From Tubiluchus corallicola (Eukaryota; Animalia; Priapulida), in assembly GCA_030141605.1 (NCBI GenBank), contig JAQGDQ010000002.1, positions 1,674,001 to 1,738,000 of the forward strand: 64,000 nt of DNA, given 5' to 3'. The translations under genes were made by a program, and so were the position numbers. The notes under the pieces were generated by a model, which saw only the letters and a program-made list of their open reading frames with translations, was not told the origin of the DNA and did no database searches. Of this stretch, positions 49,601 to 61,479 are shown piece by piece. Every line of letters begins with the position of its first letter. The stretch's first letter is position 1.

Positions 49601-52600
49601 AGAATGTTTGTAAAAATCAGTGAAACAGAATTTGGAAATTGTAATTACCTCATTTTTTCAATAAATTACCAAAAACTGAAAATGAATGTCTCTAACTATG
49701 ACACATCTAAGACAAAAACACCGTCACTTGACACAACAGAACAAGCTATTTTAGCTGCAATAAAATTATTTTGTGATTCCTGCACAAAACGTGATCTTAC
49801 TATGAAAATGATATATAAATTTAAATCATACTCAACATATGCAGGAGGAAGAGCTGTCTCAGCATTTTCTTGACGGAGGCATTTGTTCGCTGAAGGCTTG
49901 GACTTTCGGGGAGATGGAGTGGCAAAACTTAGACTGTGACATGCTTTCATTGGCTCGTATGATGCAGATGAGACAGTGGATTTAAATTTTTCTCCAGTTT
50001 GCTCTAACGGAGATCTAGACTTTCCTGGAGTGGTTGTCAGATTAGGTGTACATTCAGATGATTTTGGTGTTGAAGTACATGCATATTTAGATATTGCAGC
50101 TGATGGGTCAAGCACAGATTTAGTCTTCATTGGAGTCAAACAAGGTGGAGATTCGGATATTTCTACTGCAGCATTAACTGCTGCTCCAAGTCGTTCAGGT
50201 ACTGTAGTGGATGTGGATTCAGATGTTACTGTTGATGGATCAGCTGCACATCCAGATGTTTTTGGCATTGAAGAGGCTGTAGTTACCTGACATTCCTACA
50301 AGATAAATTTAAACAAAGCCCAAAATATAAAAACAAAAACTTTTGAAGATTTCATTGCTCATTAGATCATCTCACTTACTGAATGAGTGAATGACTAACT
50401 AACTGAAATAAATGAATTTTGGAATTACTCAGTGCACGGCAGCATAGTGCTAATGACCTACTCAAAGCCTCTCAATTTAGATTCTTTACACTGTTTAAAA
50501 AATAGTTATTTGGACTACTATCGAATTCAGTCACTCACACAGTTAATGACTGAACACTGCATAACAAGGGCCTGTGTCTTTGGTGGTTTGAAAAGATCAA
50601 TCAATAAGTTTTGGACCCTACACACAAGTATCCTGCTTTGAATGAAGGATAGCACAACACATAAGCTGCAAAATTTTATTACTTTCATATAACTGAGTCA
50701 ATTAAAAAAATAGAAATTAAATAGGCTAAATAAGCTAAATAGATATTTAAGTGAAGCTGACAAAACAATTACCTCATCTATTCCGAATGCCTCAGGGTCT
50801 GCAGTTGTTTCAGCAAACTTATTCAAATATTGTCTTCCCGCCTAAATACATAAAATTGAAGGTAAAATTCACTAAACTAAATGACAATCAAAATTTAGGA
50901 AACTCTGGTACAATGATATGTGTTTTTCCCCAGCTGATTATCATTGTATAAATGTTACTTCAGTAACTGTACTATATTTCATGCTTTCGCTCCATCAGTA
51001 ATTGAATCTTCGTCTTCACACAAGTTTGCTATCATTGTAGATGATTCACTTGTAAGTACTTTTAACAGGGTAATACTGTTGCCACTATAAATGTTTTCAA
51101 ATTCCTGTAACTGCTTGATCAATTTCAGTAAACATTAATGTTATAACTTTATATTTTCAAAATGCAAAACAGCTGCTGAGAGTATTACCTGGGTTCACCT
51201 TGTTATATACTAAAGTTTATACTATACACGTAGATGCAACTCTATAATTTTTGAGAGAACTTAATAATAGCAGGAATCATAGTTTCACATCATACTTTTA
51301 CTTAAAAATTGGTTTCCAAAGTAAATTTTCACCAGTCCTTGTCACTATCTCAAGAGGGCTAGTTTTTGCCCACTCTTGACCTCAAAGCATAGCCTTGACA
51401 CTTGTCCAATTGATAAAAATACAGGAAATTTTAATTTCACTTGTGCACTAAATTAATTCTTTATATTATCCAGCAAATAGTAGATGAAAATATGTATAGG
51501 AGTGCAGCTTTAATATGCCTGAAGCTCAGTGCTTCAAAAAAGTTGTTTCAGATCTTTGTTTCGATGTTTTGTGTAGTTACATTGTTCATGACAGACACTA
51601 CATTCTGTTATCCAAATCTTGATGTCCACTGTTGCTTTAGTTATAAAGGTTGTGGTTTTGGTAGTAGTCTTAACCCAAACTGACACATTACTAAAGTATC
51701 TAATAGGCTAACTGGTTGTGGTTGTGCATCATTTTCTGAAAAATCGTGTTGCATTAATTATAAAGGTTGTGGTCTTGGCTGTAGTCTTAACCCAAACTGA
51801 CACATTACTAAAGTATCTAAAAGGCTAACTGGCTGTGGTTTTGCATCATTTTCTGAAAACTCTTGTAGCAAAGTAACCATGGAAACAAAGGTGCCCGTTT
51901 ACAGTTTTAGTCGCTAGATTGTTGCAGCAATGGAATATAAACACCCACTGGTAAGTAGCCAAAAACATGTATAACGGAAGGGTCGTACATGATTAACCAA
52001 GGAAATAAAAGCGTCGAAGTTTTCAATTCCTTACAAGTCAGTCAGTTAACAGGTAGCAACAAGGGTGATAACCTGACCCTCCATGATTAAACAGTGGATT
52101 ACCATTCTAGATGCTTTAGTCCTATATTAGTTCATTGGTTCCAACACTAGATTTAAGGCCTATCTCTGGTAGGAAACAGGTGAAAACAAAATATGCACCA
52201 AATAAAGTACCTAACATCCTGTAGAAAATTTGCCTGCTATAACATACTTTTAAAGCTGTTAAAATTTATTCAGGAGAACCAATTTTTTTCACATGTGCAC
52301 TAATAAGAGCTGTTCTTTCTTGTTGGCCTTTAAGATAACTTTTAAAATAGCAAAATAGCATCAGATAAATGAATTACAGTTTGAGATGGGTACCTACTGT
52401 CGTGGTGACTTTTACGACAACAGTTATAAACAAAAACGAGACCTTTTCCTTCTGCCATAATGCTAAATTTATTCCTTTTTTGAAAGTGCAATATACATTT
52501 TTTTCTGTGCCATGTGAACTCAGCAACTAACTTCCTATTTTAACTAAGTTAACTCCCCAAACCAGTTCCTATAGCTATATGTAAATTAATTCATTTTGGC

Positions 52601-55600
52601 TTCTTTACGGCGGGTGAATCGTGAAGCCCAAACTTCACGACACCTACGGACCAGCAAACAATTCCTCAATTATAAGCTTTGTCTAGGCCTGAAACATTAT
52701 AAAATTTATGTATGATGCATTACAACCCACATAACACAATGAGAAATAACTCAATGCTCAATTACCTGGACAATCAGCATGAAATAGCAATAAAATCTTA
52801 CCTCAACTAACATAGGTGTTGGAAACGACCCATACATGATGCAAAGTAACTCTACCATCTTATTTATGAAGTTCTTAAAAGCCTCAGTATACAAGCAGAC
52901 TGTTTTATTTCTGGCTTCTTTTACATTGTCTGCAATAGCCGCTACATCCTGTAATTTAAAAAAATTCAACTTTTTTGCTTTAAAAAATAAATAGACAACT
53001 AGATGCAGAAATTACTACATATACATAGTTCAAATAAGTACAAAGTGCTTGTGCATATTACATTTGGCTACCTATTTGCAAACTGCAAATGTGTTGATAA
53101 ATTGTAGTTATATTAAACTAAGGATAATAGCAAGTGAGAACAGGGTGATCAAAAACTCGTAAACAAGTTGTTTAACAAATACGTGTGATAGTCCTGGTTT
53201 CGTAGCATTTTGCAGTATTTAAATAGTGATATGATAATTTGATTAAGCGTTAACATTACTTTAAATATTATTTTACTTATTAACATGAACAATATATTAA
53301 CGAACATAAAAAATTCACAAATTTAAAGTTTAAGCTTAGAGATCAAAGAATGCAGGTAGATTTATCTGTTAGTTTTGGGGGAAATTAATGGCAGGTAAAA
53401 ATATAATTTACAAAATAGTTGACATTTTGTATAATACAATACACAAAATATTATAATATAATACACAAAATATTATTAAAATTTGGACTAACGCCAATTA
53501 CACATTGGTTTAAAAACTGCAAATTTATAAACACTGACAATAAATACCATACTATATAGATAATAACTTGCAAGCAACTCTTAAATAATAAGACTTACTT
53601 TATCATCAACTAATGTGTCTTGATATTTGTCGTACACTGAGGATGCTCTATCAAAATTCTTGTCAATAAAACTGCAAAAAACAGCCTGAAAAACAACAAC
53701 ATTCACAGAATGAATAGATTTAGTGATTAATAAACTAGAGCATTTTCTACAGTTTATGTTGGTGTTCTAGTTTCGTCGGAGGCCGAAACTAGAACACCAA
53801 CATTTACTGTAGAAAATTTTTTGAAACTTGCTTAGTATTAAAAAAGTTACTTTGAAGCAGCCAGTTAGATCAGGCAAAAAGCTTTAAAAAGCATATCTTA
53901 AAAAAATCAAATTTATTGATACAATAGATTAATATTATTATAATCATTTTAAAGCAGCAGTGAAGGCAAAATACGACTGGATGTCAAAATTCAGTTTAGA
54001 CATTGCTGATAACCACATCATATTTAAAGAGTGACGAAAAGTTTTGTACAGGCAAAAATAAGCTGTATTAGTTGTTGCGTCATGTCTCTGGTAGCTCTAG
54101 CGCATTTAACCATGTACGTGCATGTATAGTAAAGCATAAATAAAATACTGCTGTATCAGATTTCTTTGTGCTTCAGATCTGCTCTCACTTCTTAAAATAT
54201 TTGATGAGAACTTCCTGCTTCACTTCTTTGCAGCAATAACTTTTTTCCCAAAAAGTACTTTCGTGCTGAAATAACTACCAACACCGCTCATTTGGTGCAA
54301 GCCACTTTGGCACCATTTTAGAAATGAAAAGAACACCTCCTCCAACAAACAGTTATGTATAAAGTAAAGTAACGGTCAATGAAAACTGATCACGAGGACA
54401 TAGTTCAGTGTATTTAATGTCATTCTTATGAATTTCAACTGGTATTTTGATTGTTGGTGTTTTGAAGGATGAAAGTAGGCTAAGCATTACGTCTCCCACA
54501 CGTTTTCATTATTTATCTGCCACAATTCTAAATCAGTGTTAACTACATGTAATAAGCCTACTTTAGCATTTAACAAGAAAAACTGTAACATTCTTCGTTA
54601 AAATTTATGCATTGTTACATTTCTTGATGATGAAAAATTTTCAACATTTTAAACAATACTTCATCTGAGAATTCATTACTAAATTTTGAGCAACTGGAAT
54701 ACAGTAGGTTAACTTACTTTAATTTTGTTGGACACAATTCAAAAAGTAGCACTTGTTAAATACCACAGTGCAAGGTTTTTGAAATGGTAGTGTTGCTCTG
54801 AACCAAGAACTAGTAGAACAGAAAATTAAGCACACTTTTCCAATATAGAACTTTCAATACAAAGTTCTTAAAAAGACCTTTTTTCAGAGGCAAAAAATGT
54901 GAGAGTTGGGGGTGTTCTGTCACAACCCTATCATGACAGCTTATAGTACTTCTACGAACCTTTTAGCCATATACTTTCTCACACCTGTTTTATATAATCA
55001 TCCCACAGTTCGTGTATAATACTGTAAATGCCAAATTTTATTAATCCTGTTCGTTTAAATAAGGGGAACTCAAGCCCCTACCTGTGATAAGCCTACCTGT
55101 TTAGCAAGTAACTGTCTTGCTTCTGTAATCAGCTTCTTATCAATTTGTAATCCACTATCAATGGAAAACAGTTTGTCAAAAAGTTCGAGCACATAGTCCA
55201 ATACAGACTGCTGTGAATCATCTTCAGACGGTTGACAGAAATCTATATCATTGTCCAGTGAAATCACCAACTTCATGAACAACAAAAGCTTGCCTCTCCT
55301 GCGGACTGAAAAGTCAATATTTTTCTGCCAAACATCTGAAAAATAAGATCTAAAAGTTGAGTAAGTTGTGATATCGATGATAAGCACAAAACAAATAATA
55401 CTGATAATGTGGATCATCAAACCTTATCAGGAAGGGTTCGAAGTTTGGAAGTTGTAGATAACGAGAAGGACTCAAAAAATAATAGCTGCTTCTGTGTATA
55501 ATTATTTATAATATAACATTAAAGTCCATTTTGAATTTGCACTAATTATCACAAAACATTACAAAATAAAAAATTACAGGATTTTATCAATTAACCCAAT

Positions 55601-58600
55601 CCATCTGAGTGTAAATTGCAAAATTCCTTTGTTATGACAGAAAGAAGTGTGCTGAAAAATAACAAATTAAATGAATAAACGAAAAGTTTAAAAAAATTAC
55701 TGGTGTAGGATAGAAACTCAAACAGTAAACTCCAGGCATGTATAATTAGTTATACTTATAGATGTTGCAAGTGCACAAGCTTTGTTTTTCTGCTCTAAGA
55801 AGGCTGAAAGTTTATTACAAACATTTACACATCCGCCACATGAGATTTTTTTGCTCTTCAATATTCAGTTAGGGGACAGCAACTTTGAAAACTGAAAAAA
55901 GTTGCTACATTAAATAATCACTGGCAATGCGTGGCACCATTTTCATGGGTCTCCCGCCTCAATTTGGTTATACTAAGTTTTGCCATCAAATTAATTGTAG
56001 GTGTGTTGGATAGTGTTGCCACCTGTTATTAAAATTCACAGTTACAAATTAGTTCACTAGTAGTTACGACTATATTGCATCGTTTAATGTGGATACGCTT
56101 TTTAATTATTTTTAACTTGCTTAATTATTAATATCGATAAACACTGGGTGTTCTCTCTCTAAATACAGACCGTTGTACTATAACCATATCCATATCCAAT
56201 GTGAAGGCTACAGGTAGATCCATGGATCACCTGTAATGCCTGTTCTCTACTGTATGGTACAAGAAACTTTTTTGATTCCACTCATATTCTAAATTTCATT
56301 TAAATGCATTTATTGATTTAGATGCTATAGTTTTGCTGCTTAGCCCATTCCAACTGTTTACTATTCATCTGCTGAAGGTGTACTTCCTTACATCCATTCT
56401 AGCTCTGGGTTTATAGAGTTTATAAGGATGTCCTCTTGTAAATGCTGAATTCCACAAAAAGAACGATGACTCGTCCAAAACATCGATTTTATTGATAATT
56501 CTAAAAACCTGAATCATGTCACTTCGTTGGCATCTGTATTGTAAAGACGGAATGCTTAATTTTCTTAGTCTTTCTGTTTAATTCAAGTCACTGAATGATA
56601 GAATCAGCTTGGTAGCCCTTCGTTGCACATTTTGTATGAGTTGAGCATCTCTTATAAACCTTGGTCCCGAAACAACATTTGCATATTTTAGATGTTGTCT
56701 AATAAGAGCTTATCAGATTATCTGATCATGATTATCTGAGCCATCATTTCACTGTTTATGTATGTAAATGTATGTTTGATGGCTCCAAGAATTTTATTGG
56801 CTTTGTTTACCGTAGAGCTTGTATGATTGTGAAACTTCAGGTGCTCATCAATTAGCACACCCAAGTCTTTCTCACGGTTTCTGACCACTTGTTATGCCTT
56901 CATTGTCTTGCATATTTCGGAATATTACAAACCATATGGAGCAATTTACATTTCTCTGTATTGAATTTTAATTGCCAAATCCTAGACCAATCAGCAAGAA
57001 TGTTAATGTCCTGTTGAAATTGAACCATTGACTGATCACTATTTAGTGAGCTATGCATGTTTGTATCATCAGCAAAAACCTTTACAGTCACAGACATAAT
57101 TAGAATCAGATGTTGTAATTCATCTATTATGCTGGACAGAAATATTCTTCTATCCAACATAATCCTTTGCCATCTATTCCATAAGCTCTTAGCTTGATGA
57201 GAAATCTATGATGTGGTACACTGTCAAAAGCTTTTTGAAAGTCCAGATAAACACAATCAACAGGATGTCCATTGTCAAGCATATGCGTCTGGTCTTCTAA
57301 AACCTCCAGCAACTGTGTCACACAAGATTTACCAGAAGAGAACCCATGTTGTTGAGCATTGAACAAATTATTGGATTCCATATGGTTGACGACAGCATCT
57401 CATATAAATGACTCAAAGACTTTCATAAGATCTATGTTAAGCTTATTGGTCTGTAATTTGTGACTGATTTCTTGCTACCTTTTTTATGTAGAGGCTTCAC
57501 TGCTGCATCTTTCCACAGTTGAGGCAAGTATGACTCGTTCAATGATTTGTTATAAAAATGGCAAGTGGAACAGCCAACTCCTTGGCAATCTCTTTAAGTA
57601 TTTTTGGACAAAATCCACCTGGACCAGGTACCTTAGCTAGTTTAAGCTTTTCCAGTTTCTTCACAACCATTTCTTCAGTAATTTCCATGGTAAGGAGCCT
57701 AGCTGTCACTTCTCTATCACTTAGTGTTGGAATACTACTTAAATCCTCCTGTGTAAAATCACTGGCAAAGTATGAGTTAAATACCCCAGCCTTTTCTTTA
57801 TTGTCAGAGATTTCATTATTTTCCTGCACAACGACACCTATTTTGCTAGCAGTCTTGTTACTACAGAAATGATTTGTTTTCAAATTGCTTATCAAATCTT
57901 TCTCAAAATTTTTCACTAATTTACGAGTGAGATTCCTGGGCACATTTTTTTCTCGAATGTACAATCTATAATCATTTTTACACTTTTAGATATTGAATAA
58001 CGCTTCCATAGGTGATTTTTCTTCTTTGCCTGCTTTATTGCTGCTTTGTTCATCCAAATATTCCTTCTTCTGCTTTAGAATTTCTTTTCAGTGGTACATT
58101 ACTTTTAACTGAATTTTCTAAGATAGTACTAATGGCAACAAAAAATGCTTCAGCTTTTTTATTCTGTAGTTCAGCAACCCAATCAATGTTTGCAATGTTG
58201 CTTCTGATATTGTTGTAATTTGCTTTGTTGAGATCTAATTGAGGTATAGCGCAATGAGTAGTATCCCCATAACTTAGAATTTGCATGTATATACATATAT
58301 GATCGCTATCACCTATCGGAGGATGACTTTCAATATCATTTACAAGATTTTCCTCATTTGTTAAGACAAAATCTAAAATATGGGGCTGTTCCCCAGAGCA
58401 AAACCTTGTTGCAAAAAATACGTGCTGAAAAAGAAGCAGTCTTTGAAACAATCCACAAATTCTGATTCATAGTTAATCCTACTTGACCAACTAACCCAGT
58501 CAACATTAGGTAAATTAAAATCTCCCATTACCAATTTGTGTGAAAACCGGTTAGTCAAGCTGCACTCCCTCAATAGATTTTGCATGGCAGTATTGTTTAC

Positions 58601-59977
58601 ATGACTGTTTGAAGGGCTTCTACAGACATCCAATGTCTTTGTCTTTAATGTTCAACCTAATCCACACATGATCAGGTACATCAATATGGGTCATCAAAAT
58701 AATCGTCAAGAAAAGCATTTAAAGTGCTTTTTCATGTAAATTCAGACACCTCTTTGAAAGTGTTTACTAATACTTGAAAAAATATCATACCTTCAAATTG
58801 AAGAACACACTGTTGAACATTAAAGAAGGCATTTTTTGGCAAAATTTCAGCCACTCCAAAAGGATCAATGTCATGTGTAACTAATAGCAACTGTAATTCA
58901 CTCAATTTGTTCTTAAGAGAATCTGTGTTAGTATACATACAAATAACTGTCAGTTAGATGCGTCTGTACATATTTATAAGAACTTTTGTTACAAATAGAA
59001 CTAGCTGTATGTCTGTGAGCTTCAGCGGCATTTGTAGAGCTCTCAATGCGATGGCTTGATAAAGGAGGAAAGTCAATGACAAAGTTTTCAGGATCAACGC
59101 GAAAAACGACTTTGCCTTGCTTTATAATGACATTTTCTCCCTTTGCTTTTCTCTCTTTAAATTCCTTCACAAGCATTTGATTCTTCTCCCTTTCCAATTT
59201 TGTCATGTCAGGAGAGATGAGCAAGTTAGAATAGTCAACACTATTTCTAAGAGATTAAGCCTTTTTCAGAATTTCCTTTTTCTCGTTAACAGAAAATTGC
59301 AAAAGTTGAATTTTGTTTTCATTGTTGTCACTAACATTGTCATTTGTTAGGCCCTGGCAGAAAAATAACTAGATCAGTCTTTATTGTTGCAGAATTACTG
59401 TCAACCGTGCTGCTCTGACAGGTCATCTGTAATCTCTCTTCGTGAAAATCACTGCTGCCTTATCAATCTACCTTAATGTGATAGAAAGCATAATTTATAT
59501 TACTTATTCTCACCTCTAGCTTAGATCCATGTGCCTAATGCTGTAAGGAATTTCTTCCCTTCAGTATCAAGAGAGCCAATGGTTTCAACAGGAATCAGCA
59601 CAAAATGGAATGATGGCAAAAGATTATTGCATTTACTTAGTATCAATTTAGTAATAATAGTACTAATAGTAATACTAATACTAATTACTATACATATATA
59701 GTAACTAATACTAATACTAATACTACTACTAGTAACTAATACTAGTACTCAGTAGTACTACTAGTAATATTTATGATTTAGTTACTGTGCCTGTGTACGT
59801 CTAATGTAAGCATGTTTCAACAAGGTCACACTTACTCTTCAAAAAAATTTTACTTTCGCTGGTCACTTCTCCGTTGTTTGAGAATTGTTCCCACACAGTA
59901 TAACAAACGTAATCAAACATCCAACCATCTACAACATTTTGGAGTTTTTGAATTTGGTTCAAAGCGCAAGGCGCCAT
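43666..59977 (-). CDS. Telomeric repeat-binding factor (TRF1/TRF2 family: TRFH dimerisation domain plus C-terminal telobox Myb domain), 10 exons, ~573 aa
   Basis: Exons 59977-59836 (KLQNVVDGWMFDYVCYTVWEQF, like TRF 'VAAGWMLDFLC'), 55335-55097 (..SVLDYVLELF..ARQLLAKQ), 53685-53599 (AVFCSFIDKNFDRASSVY), 52948-52802, 50841-50773, 50295-49832 (S/T/P-rich), 47655-47550, 46838-46736, 45053-44854 (RKRKR NLS-like; KRERWTKEDE), 43830-43666 (AVKQYGTGNWTRI..RTNVQLKDKWR, telobox). Phases are consistent. In-frame upstream ATGs exist up to 60055. Confidence 0.88.
45663..45808. repeat. 73-bp tandem duplication
   Basis: agagctagggaacttagtgttt.aatgcttacaagctatctggtgata.at.t.gtccttagtgatttggttc starts at 45663 and again at 45736. 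Confidence 0.92.
51641..51859. repeat. ~100-bp tandem duplication (period 117 bp)
   Basis: ttataaaggttgtggt.ttgg..gtagtcttaacccaaactgacacattactaaagtatctaa.aggctaactgg.tgtggtt.tgcatcattttctgaaaa starts at 51641 and again at 51758. Confidence 0.92.
53742..53817. repeat. Near-perfect 34-bp-arm inverted repeat (76-nt hairpin) in TRF intron 2
   Basis: attttctacagtttatgttggtgttctagtttcg - tcggaggc - cgaaactagaacaccaacatttactgtagaaaat; 2 mismatches in the stem. Confidence 0.9.
56180..59400 (-). mobile_element. Decayed CR1/L2-group LINE (ORF1 C-terminus, APE endonuclease, reverse transcriptase) in TRF intron 1
   Basis: Frameshifted ORF pieces: ORF1 tail LISPDMTKLEREKNQMLVKEFKERK; APE motifs YTNTDSLKNKL, GDFNLPNVDW, ILDFVLTN, SDH; RT motifs QHGFSSGKSCVTQL, YLDFQKAFDSVPH, FADDT, WQLKFNTEKCK. 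The GVPQGSVLGP motif appears deleted. Boundaries are approximate. Confidence 0.92.
59521..59643 (-). mobile_element. Short fragment resembling the C-terminal restriction-like endonuclease region of a CRE-type non-LTR retrotransposon
   Basis: Translates as ILSKCNNLLPSFHFVLIPVETIGSLDTEGKKFLTALGTWI*, resembling my recalled pattern K..KY..L...F.F.P.AVET.G..G.E...FL..LG. Confidence 0.45.
59648..59770. repeat. Degenerate (TAC/TAA/TAG)n low-complexity tract
   Basis: tagtaataatagtactaatagtaatactaatactaattact...actaatactactactagtaactaatactagtac. Confidence 0.8.
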
Positions 59978-60182
59978 AATTCCCTTAACAACTAACATTG
60001 AACACATTGATTTCAACTTCATCATGAACGAGCTGTTGTGTTGATGGCTAACCATAGATCGCGGACACTCGAAGACGTAACCATAGAGAAATATGTTTTT
60101 ATTTGAGTAGGCCGGACGTCAATTAAGTAAAATATAGTGATGTATGATTATTACAATCGTCATAACAACAGCAGCGGCAACA

Positions 60183-60943
60183 ACGGTACTCGGACCGGTA
60201 TTGTTCATTATTTTCATTAATGATATAGATAATGAATTTCCACTCACATTTTAAAATTTGCAGGTGATACAAAATTGTATAATCCAATTAACTCTGTAGT
60301 GGATTCATTAGTTTTACAGCATGATATTGAACAACTATGTAGGTGGCGTAATGATTGGCAAATGTTATTTAATGTTGACAAAGTAATGAAGTAATGCATT
60401 GCGGTTTTTGGGAATCTTAAAAGTGATTATGTTATTAATGGAACAACTCTTCAAAGTACAAATAGTAAAAATGATCTTGGTGTAATAGTAACATCAGACT
60501 TGAAATTTCCCCAGCAATGTGTATCCTCTGTTAAGAAAGAAAACAAGATTTTTGGGATGATAAAGCAGCACATCGCTTTTAGAAATAAAGAAATTGTATT
60601 GCAATTATACATTGGTTTGGTCAGACATAATGTAGAATACTGTATGCAGCTTTGGAATCCCCATTATCGAAAAGATATATTGCCTATGGAATGTGTACAA
60701 AGGCGTGCTACAAGAATATTATTAGGTTGTAAAAATATGACATATTTGGAACGATTAAAATATTGCAGTGTGACCATGCTTGAGTTAAGAAGACACTGTG
60801 GAGATCTTATTGAAGTTTATAAAAAATTAACTGGAAAAGAAATCATTTTGCCTGAAAAATTCTTTAATTTAGTTGTTGATTGTTGTTGTAGAACTAGAGG
60901 ACATAATTTAAAACTGTTTAAAGCACAAGAAAACCCTTCATAA
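60183..60943 (+). mobile_element. 5'-truncated CR1-like LINE remnant (C-terminal half of RT and downstream domain)
   Basis: TVLGPVLFIIFINDID, KFAGDTKL, WQMLFNVDK, DLGVIVTSDLKF, LYIGLVRHNVEYCMQLWNPHYRKDI..ECVQRRATR, RHCGDLIEVYK, RTRGHNLKLFK; frameshifted. Confidence 0.92.
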
Positions 60944-61052
60944 ACATAAAGGTTAAAAAAATTGTCTTGAAATTTTATGTCACTTTCATACTGCCTTTTT
61001 GCATACAGGAGTTCAATCGGCAGTCACGCTGTATAAAGCATGTAAATTTAAA

Positions 61053-61479
61053 CTCCCGCAATGACCGTTAGACGCAGCCATTTTAACGACAGGTCACTTG
61101 AAATAAGTTTAGATAACATTGTGTAAACTTTGAAAAAATAATCAGAGCATTCGTAGTCATGAGAGCATCACTAACTGAGTAAAATTTTAAATTACTGTAT
61201 CTTGTCAATAAGTTTAAAAGTACGTTTTTGGTTAGTGAGTTGTGCATCCTGGCGGGTGAGTCAGCGACATTTTATCTATTGGTGAAAACATTTTAAATAA
61301 TTAAAAAATTTTCTTTTCTAGTTGCAAGAAGTCTTTCCAGCAGGTTAGCGAAAAGCTAAGTAACAGACATTTACATGTAAAGTTTTTTGGGACATAATTT
61401 AACATTCCTTTTTCTTCCCCTGATTTACGCTTACATAGTGACGTCATGTAATGGCGACATAGGTACTGTATTGCGGGAG
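61053..61479. mobile_element. Possible MITE with short TIRs flanked by TTTAAA
   Basis: ctcccgcaat (61053-61062) and attgcgggag (61470-61479) are exact inverted repeats, each bordered externally by tttaaa. Confidence 0.4.

Noticed and set aside
50979-51104. 41-codon phase-0 open segment that could be an alternative terminal exon giving a Myb-less TRF
   Set aside because: The acceptor lacks a polypyrimidine tract, and an open frame of this length can arise by chance; needs RNA evidence.
45663-51859. Short direct repeats as a possible CRISPR-like array
   Set aside because: These are two-copy tandem duplications without a repeat-spacer series, in eukaryotic introns.
56900-57964. Reverse transcriptase inside a telomere-protein gene as a possible telomere-maintenance system
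   Set aside because: The RT is an ordinary, multiply frameshifted CR1-type LINE lacking a core motif; no TERT motifs or telomeric repeat arrays were seen, so the association looks coincidental.
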